Below, piece by piece: positions 45,484 through 56,925 of a DNA stretch of 64,000 bases. Both the position numbers and the translations under genes were made by a program. Position 1 is the stretch's first letter, and the number at the start of each line of letters is the position of its first letter. Under the pieces are notes generated by a model that was not told where the DNA came from, did no database searches, and worked only from the letters and a program-made list of their open reading frames with translations. This DNA comes from Longimicrobiales bacterium (GTDB taxonomy: Bacteria; Gemmatimonadota; Gemmatimonadetes; Longimicrobiales; Gaopeijiaceae), in the NCBI GenBank assembly GCA_965248195.1, contig CBDFIQ010000002.1, positions 160,001 to 224,000 on the forward strand, read 5' to 3'.

Positions 45484-47982
45484 CTACTCGTACCGCAGCG
45501 CCTCCATTGGATCGATCCTGGACGTGCGCTGAGCCGGGACGTAGCCCGCTGCCAGCGCCACCCCGACGAGCAACACCGCCACCGCGATGGAGACGAAGGG
45601 ATCGGATCCGTCTAGCCCGAACAGAAGAGATTCCGCCGCTCTCCCCAGGAACGACGCCGCTACCAGACCGAGCGCCCCTCCTACGAGGGTCATACGGCCT
45701 ACTTGTTTGAGCACCATCCCCCTCACTCGGGGCCCGCCGGCCCCCAGTGCCATGCGGAGACCGATTTCCCTGGTGCGCTGCGTTACGGTGTAGGCCAGGA
45801 CGCCGTAGAGGCCGACCGTGGCCAGCAGCGTGGCGAGGACCGCGAATGCCGCGGACAAGATGCTGATGAACCGGTCCAAGACCACGCTCTCCTTCACCTG
45901 CCGCTCGAGGGTCTTCAAGCCCTCCACCGGCAGATTCGGATCGAGTCGGCCCATCAAAGGAGGGATCGCGGCGAGGATCTGATTGGGCTCGAGCGACGTT
46001 CGCACATAGAAATTGATCGAACCCAACCCGTCGTCCTGGCGGTAGGGCCTGAAGAAGACCGGGGGCACCTCGCGTTTCACGTCCGCGTATTTGGCGTCCT
46101 GGACCACGCCCACGATCTGGGTGTCGAGCTCATCGCCCCGTCCGGACCCCATGAAACGGCCGACCGCGTCGCGGCTGTCCAGTCCGAACTTCCGGGTAAA
46201 CGCCTCGTTTACGATGGCGACCTTAGGGGCGTTAGCCCCGTCCGATACCGTAAACTCCCGACCTGCCAGAAGCGGCATCCCTAGCGTGCTGAAGTAGCTC
46301 GGCCCGATCTCGTTGAGGCGCGAGCTAGCGTCGATGTCGGGGCCCGACTCGAAACCCTCCACCCGCACTCCGCTGCCCCAACTGCTGCCGGCCAGGACAG
46401 GCACGAGCGCGGCCGAGACACCCGCCACCCCCGGGATCGCCGCCAACTCTTCCTCGGTTCTTTCGAAAAAAGCCAGCGAACGCTCGGGCTCGTAGCCGTT
46501 GAGCTCCGGTGAGATCGCGAAGGTGACTACGTTCCCCGTGCGGAGCCCGAGATCGATCTGGCTAACGTTCACGAGGCTCTTGATGAACAACCCCGCCGAC
46601 GCGAGGAGCGTCATTGAAAGGGCGAGTTGAGCCGTTACCAACGCGCTCCGGAATCGGGCTGCGCCGCGGGCGCCGGAGGGCTGGCCGGTGTTGGCCTTCA
46701 GCATCGTCACGAGATCGGGGCGCGTGCTGTGTAGCGCGGGATAGAGGCCGAAGAGGAGGCCGGTACCCAACGACAGGACCCCGGTGAAGACCAGCACCGC
46801 CGGACTCAACTCCAGGGCCAACATGTTGGCGCCTTCCGGAGGAAGGAGGGTGCCGATAAGCGCGAGCGTGGCTTGAGCCACAAATAGGCTGGCCACACCT
46901 CCAAGCATGGCGAGCAGGAGCGACTCCGTAAGAAGCTGCGCCAAAAGGTGACGGCGTCCGGCACCGAGTGAGCCGCGAATCGCCATCTCCTGGCCGCGGG
47001 CAGCCCCCCGGGCCAGCAATAGGTTCGCGATGTTCGCACACGCGATCAGGAGCACGACGCCGGTGATGGCCAGGAGCAGATTGAGGGGGGTCCCCGCCTC
47101 ACCTTGGATCTGGCTCTGCCCCCGGGCCCCCGGTGCCAGCGTGATCTGTTTGGCCCGGAAACGCTCAAGCGTCGGAGCACTCATGCCGTCCTGGAGGGGT
47201 GCCTCGACCTCATCGAGGATGGCCGAATAGGTGGTGTTGATCTCCGTGGCCGCACGCTCGATCGTGACCCCGGGATTCAACCTGGCGAAGAGGTATGCCC
47301 AATAACTGCGCCGGTTGTCGAAGCCGGTGAAGCCCGGGTTCATGAGTCCCCGCATCGAAATCGGTACGAACACGTCCGATTCCAAGCCGAGCGTCGTCCC
47401 GTCGAATCCACGAGGGGCCACACCGACGATCGTCATCGCGTGTCCGTTAATGATGATCGATTGGTTGAGCACTCCCGGATCGGAGCCGAGCCGATTCACC
47501 CAATAATCGTGGCTCAGAACCGTCACGAAGTTCTCGCCGACGGTCTCGTCGTCTCCTGGATCGAGCAGGCGGCCCAACGCCGCTCGAAGGCCGAGCACCG
47601 GAAAGTAGGATCCGGACACGAGCATTCCCTGTCCGCTCGAGGTCTGACTCGAATGCGCCAGGTTCGCGTCGAAATCTCGATGGGCCGCGATCCCCGAGAA
47701 TCCGCTCTGGGCGCGCTCGAGGTCACGGAACATCTCGTAGCTGAAGATCTCCTCGCAGGCGCCTGCCTGGCTACACGAGGTCATGCCCGGGTTGGGGCCG
47801 GGGGCGGCCAGGTTGACGAGCTGCCCCGGTGCTTCGACGGGCAGGGGCCTCAGCAGAATCTGATCAAAGAGCGAGAAGATCGCCGCGTTCGCGCCAATTC
47901 CCAAAGCGAGCGACAGTACCGCCACGGCCGTGACGAAGGGCGTCTTGGTGACCGAGCGCAGAGCGAGCTTCAGCTGAGACAT
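45484..47982 (-). CDS. duplicated ABC-type permease (MacB/FtsX, ADOP-like)
   Basis: LALGIGANAAIFS, LIACANIANLLLAR, QRTREIGLRMALGA, DPMEALRYE. Confidence 0.92.
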   Translation of the reverse strand: MSQLKLALRSVTKTPFVTAVAVLSLALGIGANAAIFSLFDQILLRPLPVEAPGQLVNLAAPGPNPGMTSCSQAGACEEIFSYEMFRDLERAQSGFSGIAAHRDFDANLAHSSQTSSGQGMLVSGSYFPVLGLRAALGRLLDPGDDETVGENFVTVLSHDYWVNRLGSDPGVLNQSIIINGHAMTIVGVAPRGFDGTTLGLESDVFVPISMRGLMNPGFTGFDNRRSYWAYLFARLNPGVTIERAATEINTTYSAILDEVEAPLQDGMSAPTLERFRAKQITLAPGARGQSQIQGEAGTPLNLLLAITGVVLLIACANIANLLLARGAARGQEMAIRGSLGAGRRHLLAQLLTESLLLAMLGGVASLFVAQATLALIGTLLPPEGANMLALELSPAVLVFTGVLSLGTGLLFGLYPALHSTRPDLVTMLKANTGQPSGARGAARFRSALVTAQLALSMTLLASAGLFIKSLVNVSQIDLGLRTGNVVTFAISPELNGYEPERSLAFFERTEEELAAIPGVAGVSAALVPVLAGSSWGSGVRVEGFESGPDIDASSRLNEIGPSYFSTLGMPLLAGREFTVSDGANAPKVAIVNEAFTRKFGLDSRDAVGRFMGSGRGDELDTQIVGVVQDAKYADVKREVPPVFFRPYRQDDGLGSINFYVRTSLEPNQILAAIPPLMGRLDPNLPVEGLKTLERQVKESVVLDRFISILSAAFAVLATLLATVGLYGVLAYTVTQRTREIGLRMALGAGGPRVRGMVLKQVGRMTLVGGALGLVAASFLGRAAESLLFGLDGSDPFVSIAVAVLLVGVALAAGYVPAQRTSRIDPMEALRYE

Positions 47983-48181
47983 CAAGAACCTCTTGGAGCG
48001 TTGGGAATCGGAGCGCGCTAACAGGTTAGACGGGTAAGTAGCTCGGAGGGTTTCAAGTGTACTTCGGACTGCGGGCTGCTAACGCTGCCGAAAATGACAT
48101 TCACCGCCGGACGGCGTACAACGGTTCTATGATCTGTGGATTTCGCGAAGGTGGCGTCTGGCAAATGGCTCTTTCTAACGT

Positions 48182-51004
48182 CTACAAGTTCAGCCAGTAA
48201 TTCATCTTGATCAGGAAGATGTCGTCGGAGGGGAGCCCGAAAAGCTCCCGGGCGTCGTAGCCGAGGTCGAAGAGCCCGACGTCGAGGGCGCCCGTTTCGT
48301 CGAATTCGGATGCCCGGACCCTGACCGCCCGGCTCTGTTGCCAGACCAGGAAGAGCGTCGAGCCCGGGCTCCACTCCCAGCGCAGGACGGCGTTTCCGAG
48401 AAGGCTTCTGAAGTTGAAACTCCGGTCGCTGACCGTGAACGGCGGGGCCGCGCCCGGGCCGTCGGGGTCGATCAGGTAGTCCCCGTCGGGCTGACGGACG
48501 CTGGTGCCGATTTCCTCACCGTACGTCGAGAATCTATACGTGTCGGGCTCACGGAATTCTGCCAGGTCCCCATAGTCACCGCTGGAGATGAGCGGCTGTA
48601 CGTATATCTGCAGGGTCAGCCTCGGTGAGAACGTGACGTTCATGCGGGTCTCCAGTGCGACCGTCGTTTGATCGAGGGGCGCGAAGACGTAGCGCTCTCC
48701 GAAGGTGCTCGTGGCCAGGGGATCGCTTGTCGAGGTGACGTACTGCGCCTGCGTACGACTGCGCGTCAAGGAGGGACCCAGCCGTAGCTCCAGCTTCTCA
48801 CCGGACCTGTAGGTGAAGTCGATCGATCCCCTGTGCTGCCAGGAACCCGCGGCGCCGCTCGACCCGTCGTATCGCGTCCGGACGCTCAACGCCTTGCGGG
48901 AATCCGAGTTGAGACTCGCTCTCCACGCGCCTGAAGCGGGCCTCCGGGCCATCGGCCCTCCCCTGGTGAGGCGATCGTCATGCGTCGCTGGCTGGTAATC
49001 CCCGCGCACGGATCCGCCCCAGTAATTGAGCCAACGCCAATTGGCCAGGAGATTGAAATTACTGAAGACCCGGTCGCCTGATGTGTTCCACTTGTTGTCG
49101 GGACCACCAGCCACGCTCCAGTTCCGGAAGTAGCTGCCGGGTCGAGGCTGGGTCCACTGAAAATGTGTATCCAGAATCAGCCGTTCGGTCTCGGTCTGGA
49201 ACCCGAGGTCGTTCACCTCGTAGCCGGGGCTCAGATAGGCCGTGCCGATCCTACCCGTAAACGAGCCGGCCTGCTTGTTGAGCTCCCCCATGGCGTACAA
49301 TCCACCCATCGATGTAGCGGACGGGTCGACACTCAGGTGGGTCGCGTCCGGCCGTTGCAGGTATCGGGCCGAAGACTCCTGGGCACTCAGGATCGCAGCG
49401 GCGTCTCCCTGGATGTAACTCGACGCAAACGCGCCGCTGACCTTCCAGCCTCGATTGGCCCACTCGTGTACGAGATCGACTCCCGTGACGTAGGCCGCCG
49501 AGCGAAGCTGCCTGACGAGCTCCGGGTCTTCGAGGTCGCGGTGCACGGCGGTGGCGATCATGCCGAGCTGCGTTTCCCCTGCGCGCGTATCCCTGCGAAC
49601 TCTCCCAGCCAGGTAGTTCGTGGCGGGCTCCAAGACGCTCCGGCCGTCCACTTCAGCTGCGTCCACATAGGGAGCGTACTCCCGGCCCGTCACCGCGTCG
49701 AGAAAACCGACCGACCAACCGTCTCCCACCCTTCCGGTGATTTTCGCGGCGCCAAGGATGGTGGTGGACACGGGCGCATCGGAAAACACGGCTGCCGACG
49801 ACACGCTGCCCTGAGGCCTACGACCCACTCGCCGCGAGTACAGGACCTGGGGTGGCGGTCCCGAGCTGCCCCTGGGACCGCCCCGGCCGTACGCGAAGAT
49901 CTCGGCTCCCTCCACGAAGAACGGACGTCGCTCTTCGAAGCGCGTCTCGAAGGCGGTCAGGTTGATGACGGCCGGATCCACCTCGACCTGCCCGAAGTCC
50001 GGGTTCACCGCGCCGTCCAGGGTGAGGTTCGAGCCGAGGCGATACTTGAGATCCACGCCCATGCGGCCGAAGTAGTCGGAGCCCGACCGAAAGGGATTGT
50101 TGAACGACACCTCCGAGCTGGGTTCCTGAAAAATGTACTCCGCGCTCATTCCGACGTAAGGAAGCACCTCCAGCTTCTGTCCCCCACCGATGCCGCGGAG
50201 CCCCGTGAGATGCCCGTACCGCGCGACACCACCCCGCTCCAGTTTGGGGGTAAAGGAAAAGACCGCCGTCTCCTCGATGCGCCGAATGTTCCGCTCCACC
50301 TGAATGCCCCAGAGCATCTCGTCTCCGGGGCTGAACCGAAGCTGACTGAAGGGGATGCGCATCTCGGTGAACCATCCCTCCTCCGTGATCACCGAGGCCA
50401 CGTCCCATATTGGGTCCCAGGAGGAATCCCCGCGGCCACCGCCGCCACCAAAACCAAAACTCCGTCCACTCGTCACCGTCGCGTCCCGCTTCAACCCCGA
50501 CGGGTTGGTCGTGAAGCGATATGAAGTCTGATGGTCGTGGTAGCTGTCGATGGAAATCGTGAAGAGGTCCGAGTCGGAGACGCCGGCGTCCCGACGCGCC
50601 AAGCGGGTCATGATGGGGCCGGAGTCGTAGAACCGTCCTCCGATGTAGAGGGCGTCGTCGTCAAATAGAAAGCGAACGTCTGTAGGCTGGCTGACCGGTT
50701 CGCCTTCATTAGGGTCGATCTGTGTGAAGACCGTCATGGGCATCGCCGACGCCCAAGCGGCCTCATCGGGCATTCCGTCGATCTGGATGCTCGAGGAGGT
50801 CCGGACCGCACCGACCACGGGGGTTTCGGAGTGGGGGAGGATCGCGGTGCTCGAATCGGAAACGAGGCGATCAGCCTCCTGTGCGGAGATAGACGGAGCC
50901 CACAGCAGCAGGGTTCCCAGCACGGTGGCTGAGGAGCGGGCGAGAGCACGGTATACGGTCGGCGTCGTCACCCGGGAGGGTGGACCCGATCGGAGAATAC
51001 GCAT
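48182..51004 (-). CDS. CBM9-like + DUF5916 outer-membrane protein
   Basis: IDGMPDEAAW, EMRIPFSQLRF, NPDFGQVEVD, ERRPFFVEG, YSRRVG, C-terminal KMNYW. Confidence 0.85.
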   Translation of the reverse strand: MRILRSGPPSRVTTPTVYRALARSSATVLGTLLLWAPSISAQEADRLVSDSSTAILPHSETPVVGAVRTSSSIQIDGMPDEAAWASAMPMTVFTQIDPNEGEPVSQPTDVRFLFDDDALYIGGRFYDSGPIMTRLARRDAGVSDSDLFTISIDSYHDHQTSYRFTTNPSGLKRDATVTSGRSFGFGGGGGRGDSSWDPIWDVASVITEEGWFTEMRIPFSQLRFSPGDEMLWGIQVERNIRRIEETAVFSFTPKLERGGVARYGHLTGLRGIGGGQKLEVLPYVGMSAEYIFQEPSSEVSFNNPFRSGSDYFGRMGVDLKYRLGSNLTLDGAVNPDFGQVEVDPAVINLTAFETRFEERRPFFVEGAEIFAYGRGGPRGSSGPPPQVLYSRRVGRRPQGSVSSAAVFSDAPVSTTILGAAKITGRVGDGWSVGFLDAVTGREYAPYVDAAEVDGRSVLEPATNYLAGRVRRDTRAGETQLGMIATAVHRDLEDPELVRQLRSAAYVTGVDLVHEWANRGWKVSGAFASSYIQGDAAAILSAQESSARYLQRPDATHLSVDPSATSMGGLYAMGELNKQAGSFTGRIGTAYLSPGYEVNDLGFQTETERLILDTHFQWTQPRPGSYFRNWSVAGGPDNKWNTSGDRVFSNFNLLANWRWLNYWGGSVRGDYQPATHDDRLTRGGPMARRPASGAWRASLNSDSRKALSVRTRYDGSSGAAGSWQHRGSIDFTYRSGEKLELRLGPSLTRSRTQAQYVTSTSDPLATSTFGERYVFAPLDQTTVALETRMNVTFSPRLTLQIYVQPLISSGDYGDLAEFREPDTYRFSTYGEEIGTSVRQPDGDYLIDPDGPGAAPPFTVSDRSFNFRSLLGNAVLRWEWSPGSTLFLVWQQSRAVRVRASEFDETGALDVGLFDLGYDARELFGLPSDDIFLIKMNYWLNL

Positions 51005-51069
51005 CGTCAAAATTTCAGCACGATGGCTACCGGTTTGCAAGAATTTTCAGGGAATCCACGACACCCACA

Positions 51070-52029
51070 CTACCCGGGGAATAACCCGGTCACGGCGGGA
51101 AGCGAATCGTTCTTGCTCCACTCGTTCCAGGAGCCGTCGTAGAGCCGCACGTCATACCCGAGATGTTTGGCGATGAGATACGTATAACTGGAACGCATTC
51201 CTACGTAGCAGTAGTTCACCACGATCGCCCCGTAATCTGCCCCGGCTCCCAGGAACTGGAGCTGGATATCCGTGAAATCACGCAAGACCGGGTTCGCCGA
51301 CGACACGAGAAGGTCTTCCCAGTAGAGATTGCGAGCGCCGGGGATGTGACCCGCCCGTCCTCCAATCCGAGTCGGGATACGTCCGGTGTATTCACCCTCG
51401 GGCCGTGAGTCGATGAGTGCGATGCCGGGGCCGTAGAGCCGCTCTTCGATCCATTCGGCCGAGACGAGCACATCGTCTCGGACCCTCGGTATGAACAGCC
51501 CTCGAGGGCCCTGCGTCGGGCTGGCTTCGACCGCATGGTCGGCCGCCTTCCATGCGTCCAGACCGCCGTCCAACACCACCGTGCGGGCACCATGCCCGAG
51601 ATAGTCGAGCGTGACATATGCCCGTGCAGGGAGGTGGGCGGGAGAGCCGTAGAGTACGACCAGCGCTTCGTCCGAGACCCCGGCCACCTCCAAGCGCTCG
51701 ATCAGTTCATCGATCGGGGGCACCTCCACGATCAGGCTGTCCCTAACTTGGACGATCTCCTGATAATTCAGGAACCGGGCGCCCGGAATGAACTCACCGG
51801 AGGAACGCGCCGTCGCCATACCGACATGAAGCAGAACCATCGAAGAATCCTGGAGGTGCTCGGCGAGCCAATCTACGGAGACGAGGACCCCGGGTGCGTC
51901 CTGGGCTGGGGTGGTTGGCTGCAGTGAGATCGACCCCCGGGCCGGCCGGGCTGCCAGGATCAGACAGGCCGTCAGGGCCAGGGTCATCCAAGGCGGGGGG
52001 CGGTGCGTCCATCGCGGCCCGAGCGTCAT
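51070..52029 (-). CDS. exported tandem-rhodanese sulfurtransferase
   Basis: LVSVDWL, LDGGLDAW, GHIPGA, YCYVGMRS, LYDGSWNEWS; signal peptide. Confidence 0.9.
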   Translation of the reverse strand: MTLGPRWTHRPPPWMTLALTACLILAARPARGSISLQPTTPAQDAPGVLVSVDWLAEHLQDSSMVLLHVGMATARSSGEFIPGARFLNYQEIVQVRDSLIVEVPPIDELIERLEVAGVSDEALVVLYGSPAHLPARAYVTLDYLGHGARTVVLDGGLDAWKAADHAVEASPTQGPRGLFIPRVRDDVLVSAEWIEERLYGPGIALIDSRPEGEYTGRIPTRIGGRAGHIPGARNLYWEDLLVSSANPVLRDFTDIQLQFLGAGADYGAIVVNYCYVGMRSSYTYLIAKHLGYDVRLYDGSWNEWSKNDSLPAVTGLFPG

Positions 52030-52156
52030 CTTCCGTGCTTCATCCTGAATTCTGCTCTTCCTTTGCTTACGCGTGCCGGCTACATGTGCCCGCCGGAGCT
52101 ACGATGTGCCTGGCCCGGCCATGATGTCCCCGAATGACCAAACAGAACTATCATAG

Positions 52157-53344
<1,188 letters not shown>

Positions 53345-53368
53345 TGCAACAGAGATCGGAGACCGGTT

Positions 53369-53719
53369 TTGGCTGAAGCCCTACTGGCAGTTGTAATGGC
53401 CCCCCGACAGGGGGCGAATGGCACGTTCGTGTTCTTCCTGAACATGACCGCCGTGGTCCTCATCTTCTACTTCTTGCTCATTCGCCCGCAGCGAAAGGAG
53501 CAAGAACGACAGAAACAGATGATCGCGGCTATCACAAAGGGTGATGAGATCGTGACCACGGGCGGGATCATCGGCACCGTGATCCGAGCCGAGGAAGACC
53601 GCCTGATCATCAAGACTGGTGGCGAGACCAAGATCACCGTCGAGCGGACCCGGGTCGCCCACAAGGTCTCGGCGGACGGAAAGGGAGCATCAGCCCGGTC
53701 GGGTGCGGCGGCGAAGTAG
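53369..53719 (+). CDS. yajC: preprotein translocase subunit YajC
   Basis: FYFLLIRPQ, KGDEIVTTGGIIG. Confidence 0.95.
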   Translation: MAEALLAVVMAPRQGANGTFVFFLNMTAVVLIFYFLLIRPQRKEQERQKQMIAAITKGDEIVTTGGIIGTVIRAEEDRLIIKTGGETKITVERTRVAHKVSADGKGASARSGAAAK

Positions 53720-53721
53720 CA

Positions 53722-54243
53722 ATGGCGGTTCGTAGGATCTTGCTGCTCGGCGAAAAGGTTCTTCGCGTGCCGGGTGTGGAGGTGGTTGAGTTCGACGACG
53801 AGTTGCGCGCACTGGTCGCGGACATGCTCGAGACCATGTACTACGCTGAGGGAATCGGCCTGGCGGCTCCACAGATCGGCGTCTCGCTCCGGGTGTGCGT
53901 GCTCGACCTCCATGACGAAGACGACCCCGACGGCGGGCGTTGGGTCTTCGTCAATCCGGTCATCGTCGAGTCCAGCGACGAAGAGGAAAAGGCGGCCGAG
54001 GGTTGCCTGAGCATCCCCGAGATGGAGGATGTCGTCACGAGGCCGGCGCGTGTCACGGTCCGCGGCTTCGACGCCGAGGGGGAGGCCATCGAGGTCGAGG
54101 CGGAAGGGTTGTTGGCCCGAGCGCTCCAGCACGAGATCGACCACCTTGACGGGGTTCTGTTCATCGACCGGCTGAGCGCGTTCAAACGGCGCGCGCTGCT
54201 CAAGAAGTGGAAGAAAAGCCAACAGGAGGGGGCGAAGAGGTGA
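53722..54243 (+). CDS. def: peptide deformylase
   Basis: GIGLAAPQIG, EGCLS, QHEIDHLDG. Confidence 0.97.
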   Translation: MAVRRILLLGEKVLRVPGVEVVEFDDELRALVADMLETMYYAEGIGLAAPQIGVSLRVCVLDLHDEDDPDGGRWVFVNPVIVESSDEEEKAAEGCLSIPEMEDVVTRPARVTVRGFDAEGEAIEVEAEGLLARALQHEIDHLDGVLFIDRLSAFKRRALLKKWKKSQQEGAKR

Positions 54244-55175
54244 GGATCCTCTTCTGGGGAACGCCGGCCTTTGCGGTCCCTTCTCTTCGCGCGCTCGACG
54301 AGGAGGGCCACGAGATCGTGGGCGTCGTGACCCAGCCGGACCGGCCCGCTGGGAGGGGCAGGGAGCTTCGAGCGGCGGCGGTCAAGGAGGAGGCTCTCGA
54401 CCAAAGCTTCAGAATCCTCGAGCCCGAGTCCGCACGCTCTGATGACTTTGTCGAGGAGATCGCAACCCTCGGGGCGGAGCTGTCGGTCGTCGTCGCGTAC
54501 GGACAGATCCTGTCTCTCGAAGTCTTGAGCATCCCCCCCAAGGGTTCGGTGAATCTGCACGCCTCGCTTCTCCCTGCGCTGCGTGGGGCGGCACCCATCA
54601 ATTGGTCCATCGTCGGGGGCGACACGGTGACGGGTGTCACGGTCATGCGGATGGTCGAGCAGATGGATGCGGGACCGATCCTCTTCCAGGCGGAGGAGCC
54701 GATCGCACGGGAAGAGACGGCCAGCGACCTCAGGATACGGCTTTCTGAGATTGGCGCCGAGGCCCTGGTGGAGGCGCTCGTGCTCTTGGAGGCGGGCTTG
54801 ATCGAGGAGCGGGAACAGGACGAATCGCGGGCTACCTACGCGCCCAAGGTCGATCGCGCCACGGCCCGGATCGAGTGGTCCCGCCCATCGGTCGTCGTGG
54901 AGAACTTCATTCGAGGTATGGATGCCGTACCGGGTGCGTGGTCGGAGCTCGAGGGCCAACCGGTCAAGCTCTTCCGGCCAGTGGCCGGCGCGGAGATCAT
55001 CCCCGAGGGTCGACCGGGAACCATCGTGGAGGCCGACCGCGACACGGGGCTGCTGGTGGCGACGGCCGAGGGAGCCGTGTGCATACGCGAGGTCCAACCA
55101 CAGGGGAAGCGACGGATGGACGCGGGCGCGTGGATTCTGGGGCGCGGCGCCACTACCGGACAACGCTTCGAGTGA
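54240..55175 (+). CDS. fmt: methionyl-tRNA formyltransferase
   Basis: FWGTPAFA, TQPDRPAGRG, NLHASLLP, MDAGP. Confidence 0.96.
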   Translation: MRILFWGTPAFAVPSLRALDEEGHEIVGVVTQPDRPAGRGRELRAAAVKEEALDQSFRILEPESARSDDFVEEIATLGAELSVVVAYGQILSLEVLSIPPKGSVNLHASLLPALRGAAPINWSIVGGDTVTGVTVMRMVEQMDAGPILFQAEEPIAREETASDLRIRLSEIGAEALVEALVLLEAGLIEEREQDESRATYAPKVDRATARIEWSRPSVVVENFIRGMDAVPGAWSELEGQPVKLFRPVAGAEIIPEGRPGTIVEADRDTGLLVATAEGAVCIREVQPQGKRRMDAGAWILGRGATTGQRFE

Positions 55176-55876
55176 TCCCGCGGTTACACGTCGTCACCGA
55201 CGACGAGATCCTGGCCCGGCCCGATTTCGAGACCCGCGCTCGCGAGCTGTGCGAAAATCTTGGGATACGCGAGTCGGCCGATGGGAGTGTAGTGGGTGGC
55301 TCGTTGGCGTTCCATATCCGGGGGGCCCGCACGACGGGGCGGAGGCTCACTCGATTGGCGCGGACTCTGTGTGAGCCCGCGGCCGCGTCGGGGATCACGC
55401 TTCTAGTGAACGATCGCCTGGACATTGCCCTGGCTGTCGGAGCGGCGGGGGTCCACCTCGGCACCCGCTCGATGCCGCCCTCCGAGGCACGACGATTGTT
55501 GGGAGGGGGTCGACTCTTGGGTGTGTCGGTGCACAGCGCCGGCGCGGCGGTGGAGGCGGCCGAGTCGGGAGCGGACTATCTGTTCGTGGGCAGGCTCTTC
55601 GAGACGCTCTCGCACCCTGGAGCGGCCCCGAGGGGACTTGAATTCATGCGCTTAGTGGCGTCGCGAGCCGCCCTGCCTCTGGTTGGAATCGGCGGGGTGA
55701 CCCCGGAGCGGGCGGCCGAGGTCCTCGCCTCCGGCGGACACGGGGTGGCAGCCATAAGAGGCATCTGGGACGCCCCCTCTCCGCCGGACGCCGTCCAGGC
55801 TTATCTTGATGCCGTGAAGGCCGGCGATCCGGGAGAAACGGACGATCCGGGAAAACGAGCGCACCGGGAGGCATAA
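55172..55876 (+). CDS. thiamine phosphate synthase (ThiE)/TenI family
   Basis: VNDRLDIA, GVHLG, SVHS, ADYL, IGGVT; upstream of thiS-thiG. Confidence 0.85.
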   Translation: MIPRLHVVTDDEILARPDFETRARELCENLGIRESADGSVVGGSLAFHIRGARTTGRRLTRLARTLCEPAAASGITLLVNDRLDIALAVGAAGVHLGTRSMPPSEARRLLGGGRLLGVSVHSAGAAVEAAESGADYLFVGRLFETLSHPGAAPRGLEFMRLVASRAALPLVGIGGVTPERAAEVLASGGHGVAAIRGIWDAPSPPDAVQAYLDAVKAGDPGETDDPGKRAHREA

Positions 55877-55886
55877 TCGGATTGCC

Positions 55887-56105
55887 ATGAGTGAGCGAGG
55901 CAGTATTCAGGTACACGTGAATGGGACGGAGCGGGAAGTCCAGTCTGGGCTCTCGGTCCATGAACTCGTGGAATCCTTCGACCTCGACCCCATGCTCATA
56001 GTGGTCGAGCTCAATCGGGAGATTCTCACCCGCGACCAGTTCAAGGAGATCCGGGTCTCGGATGGGGACGCGGTTGAATTGGTCCACTTCGTCGGAGGAG
56101 GCTGA
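55887..56105 (+). CDS. thiS: sulfur carrier protein ThiS
   Basis: VNG, VVELNREI, ELVHFVGGG C-terminus. Confidence 0.95.
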   Translation: MSERGSIQVHVNGTEREVQSGLSVHELVESFDLDPMLIVVELNREILTRDQFKEIRVSDGDAVELVHFVGGG

Positions 56106-56106
56106 A

Positions 56107-56925
56107 ATGGGAAGTAGCGAAGTCGCTGTCGGAGGCGCCGTCGAAGGGGCGCTGACTGAGCCTCTGCGCATCGCCGATCAGGAGTTCGATTCCCGCCTCT
56201 TCGTCGGCACGGGGAAGTATCCCGATAACGAGACGATGGTCGAGGCTATCCGGGCTTCTGGCACGGCGATGGTCACGGTGGCGGTGCGTAGGGTCGACTT
56301 GGACCGTACCCAGAGCGAGGGTATCCTCTTCCACCTCGACCCCGAGGAGTTCTTTCTGCTTCCCAACACAGCCGGGTGTTACACGGCCGAGGACGCAATC
56401 CGATACGCCCGGCTCGCCCGCGCTGCAGGCTTCAACGAGTGGCTCAAGCTCGAGGTCATCGGCGACGAGACCACGCTCGTACCAGACACACAGGCCACCC
56501 TTGAAGCCGCGGAGACGCTGGTGGCGGAGGGCTTCAACGTGATGGCCTATACGAACGATGATCTCGTGACCGCCCTCCGTCTGGAGGACGCAGGCTGTGT
56601 AGCCGTCATGCCCCTCGCGAGTCCGATCGGCAGTGGGCTCGGGATCGTGAACCCCTACTTCATCCGCGAGATCAAGCGGCGGTGCGACGTGCCGATCATA
56701 GTGGACGCGGGGGTCGGGACCGCCTCCGATGCGTGTGTCGCGATGGAACAGGGTGTGGACGGAGTGCTCATGAATACCGCCATCGCCACCGCTACCGATC
56801 CGGTGGCGATGGCTCACGCGATGCGGCTTGCGACCCAGTCCGGACGGCTCGCGTACTTGGCCGGCCGCATGGAGGCCCGAGAGATCGGGATTCCATCGTC
56901 GCCCATGCGAGGGATGTTGGACTGA
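56107..56925 (+). CDS. thiG: thiazole synthase
   Basis: GTGKY, LPNTAGC, KLEVIGD, MPLASPIGSG, DAGVG. Confidence 0.97.
   Translation: MGSSEVAVGGAVEGALTEPLRIADQEFDSRLFVGTGKYPDNETMVEAIRASGTAMVTVAVRRVDLDRTQSEGILFHLDPEEFFLLPNTAGCYTAEDAIRYARLARAAGFNEWLKLEVIGDETTLVPDTQATLEAAETLVAEGFNVMAYTNDDLVTALRLEDAGCVAVMPLASPIGSGLGIVNPYFIREIKRRCDVPIIVDAGVGTASDACVAMEQGVDGVLMNTAIATATDPVAMAHAMRLATQSGRLAYLAGRMEAREIGIPSSPMRGMLD

Noticed and set aside
49163..50524. 453-aa plus-strand ORF and similar long antisense ORFs (53841-55163, 52151-53218, 22585-23601, 6893-8035)
   Set aside because: High-GC shadow ORFs overlapping genes with clear motifs
51070..52029. Rhodanese as sulfur donor for ThiS
   Set aside because: Appears exported, and is divergent from and several genes away from thiS
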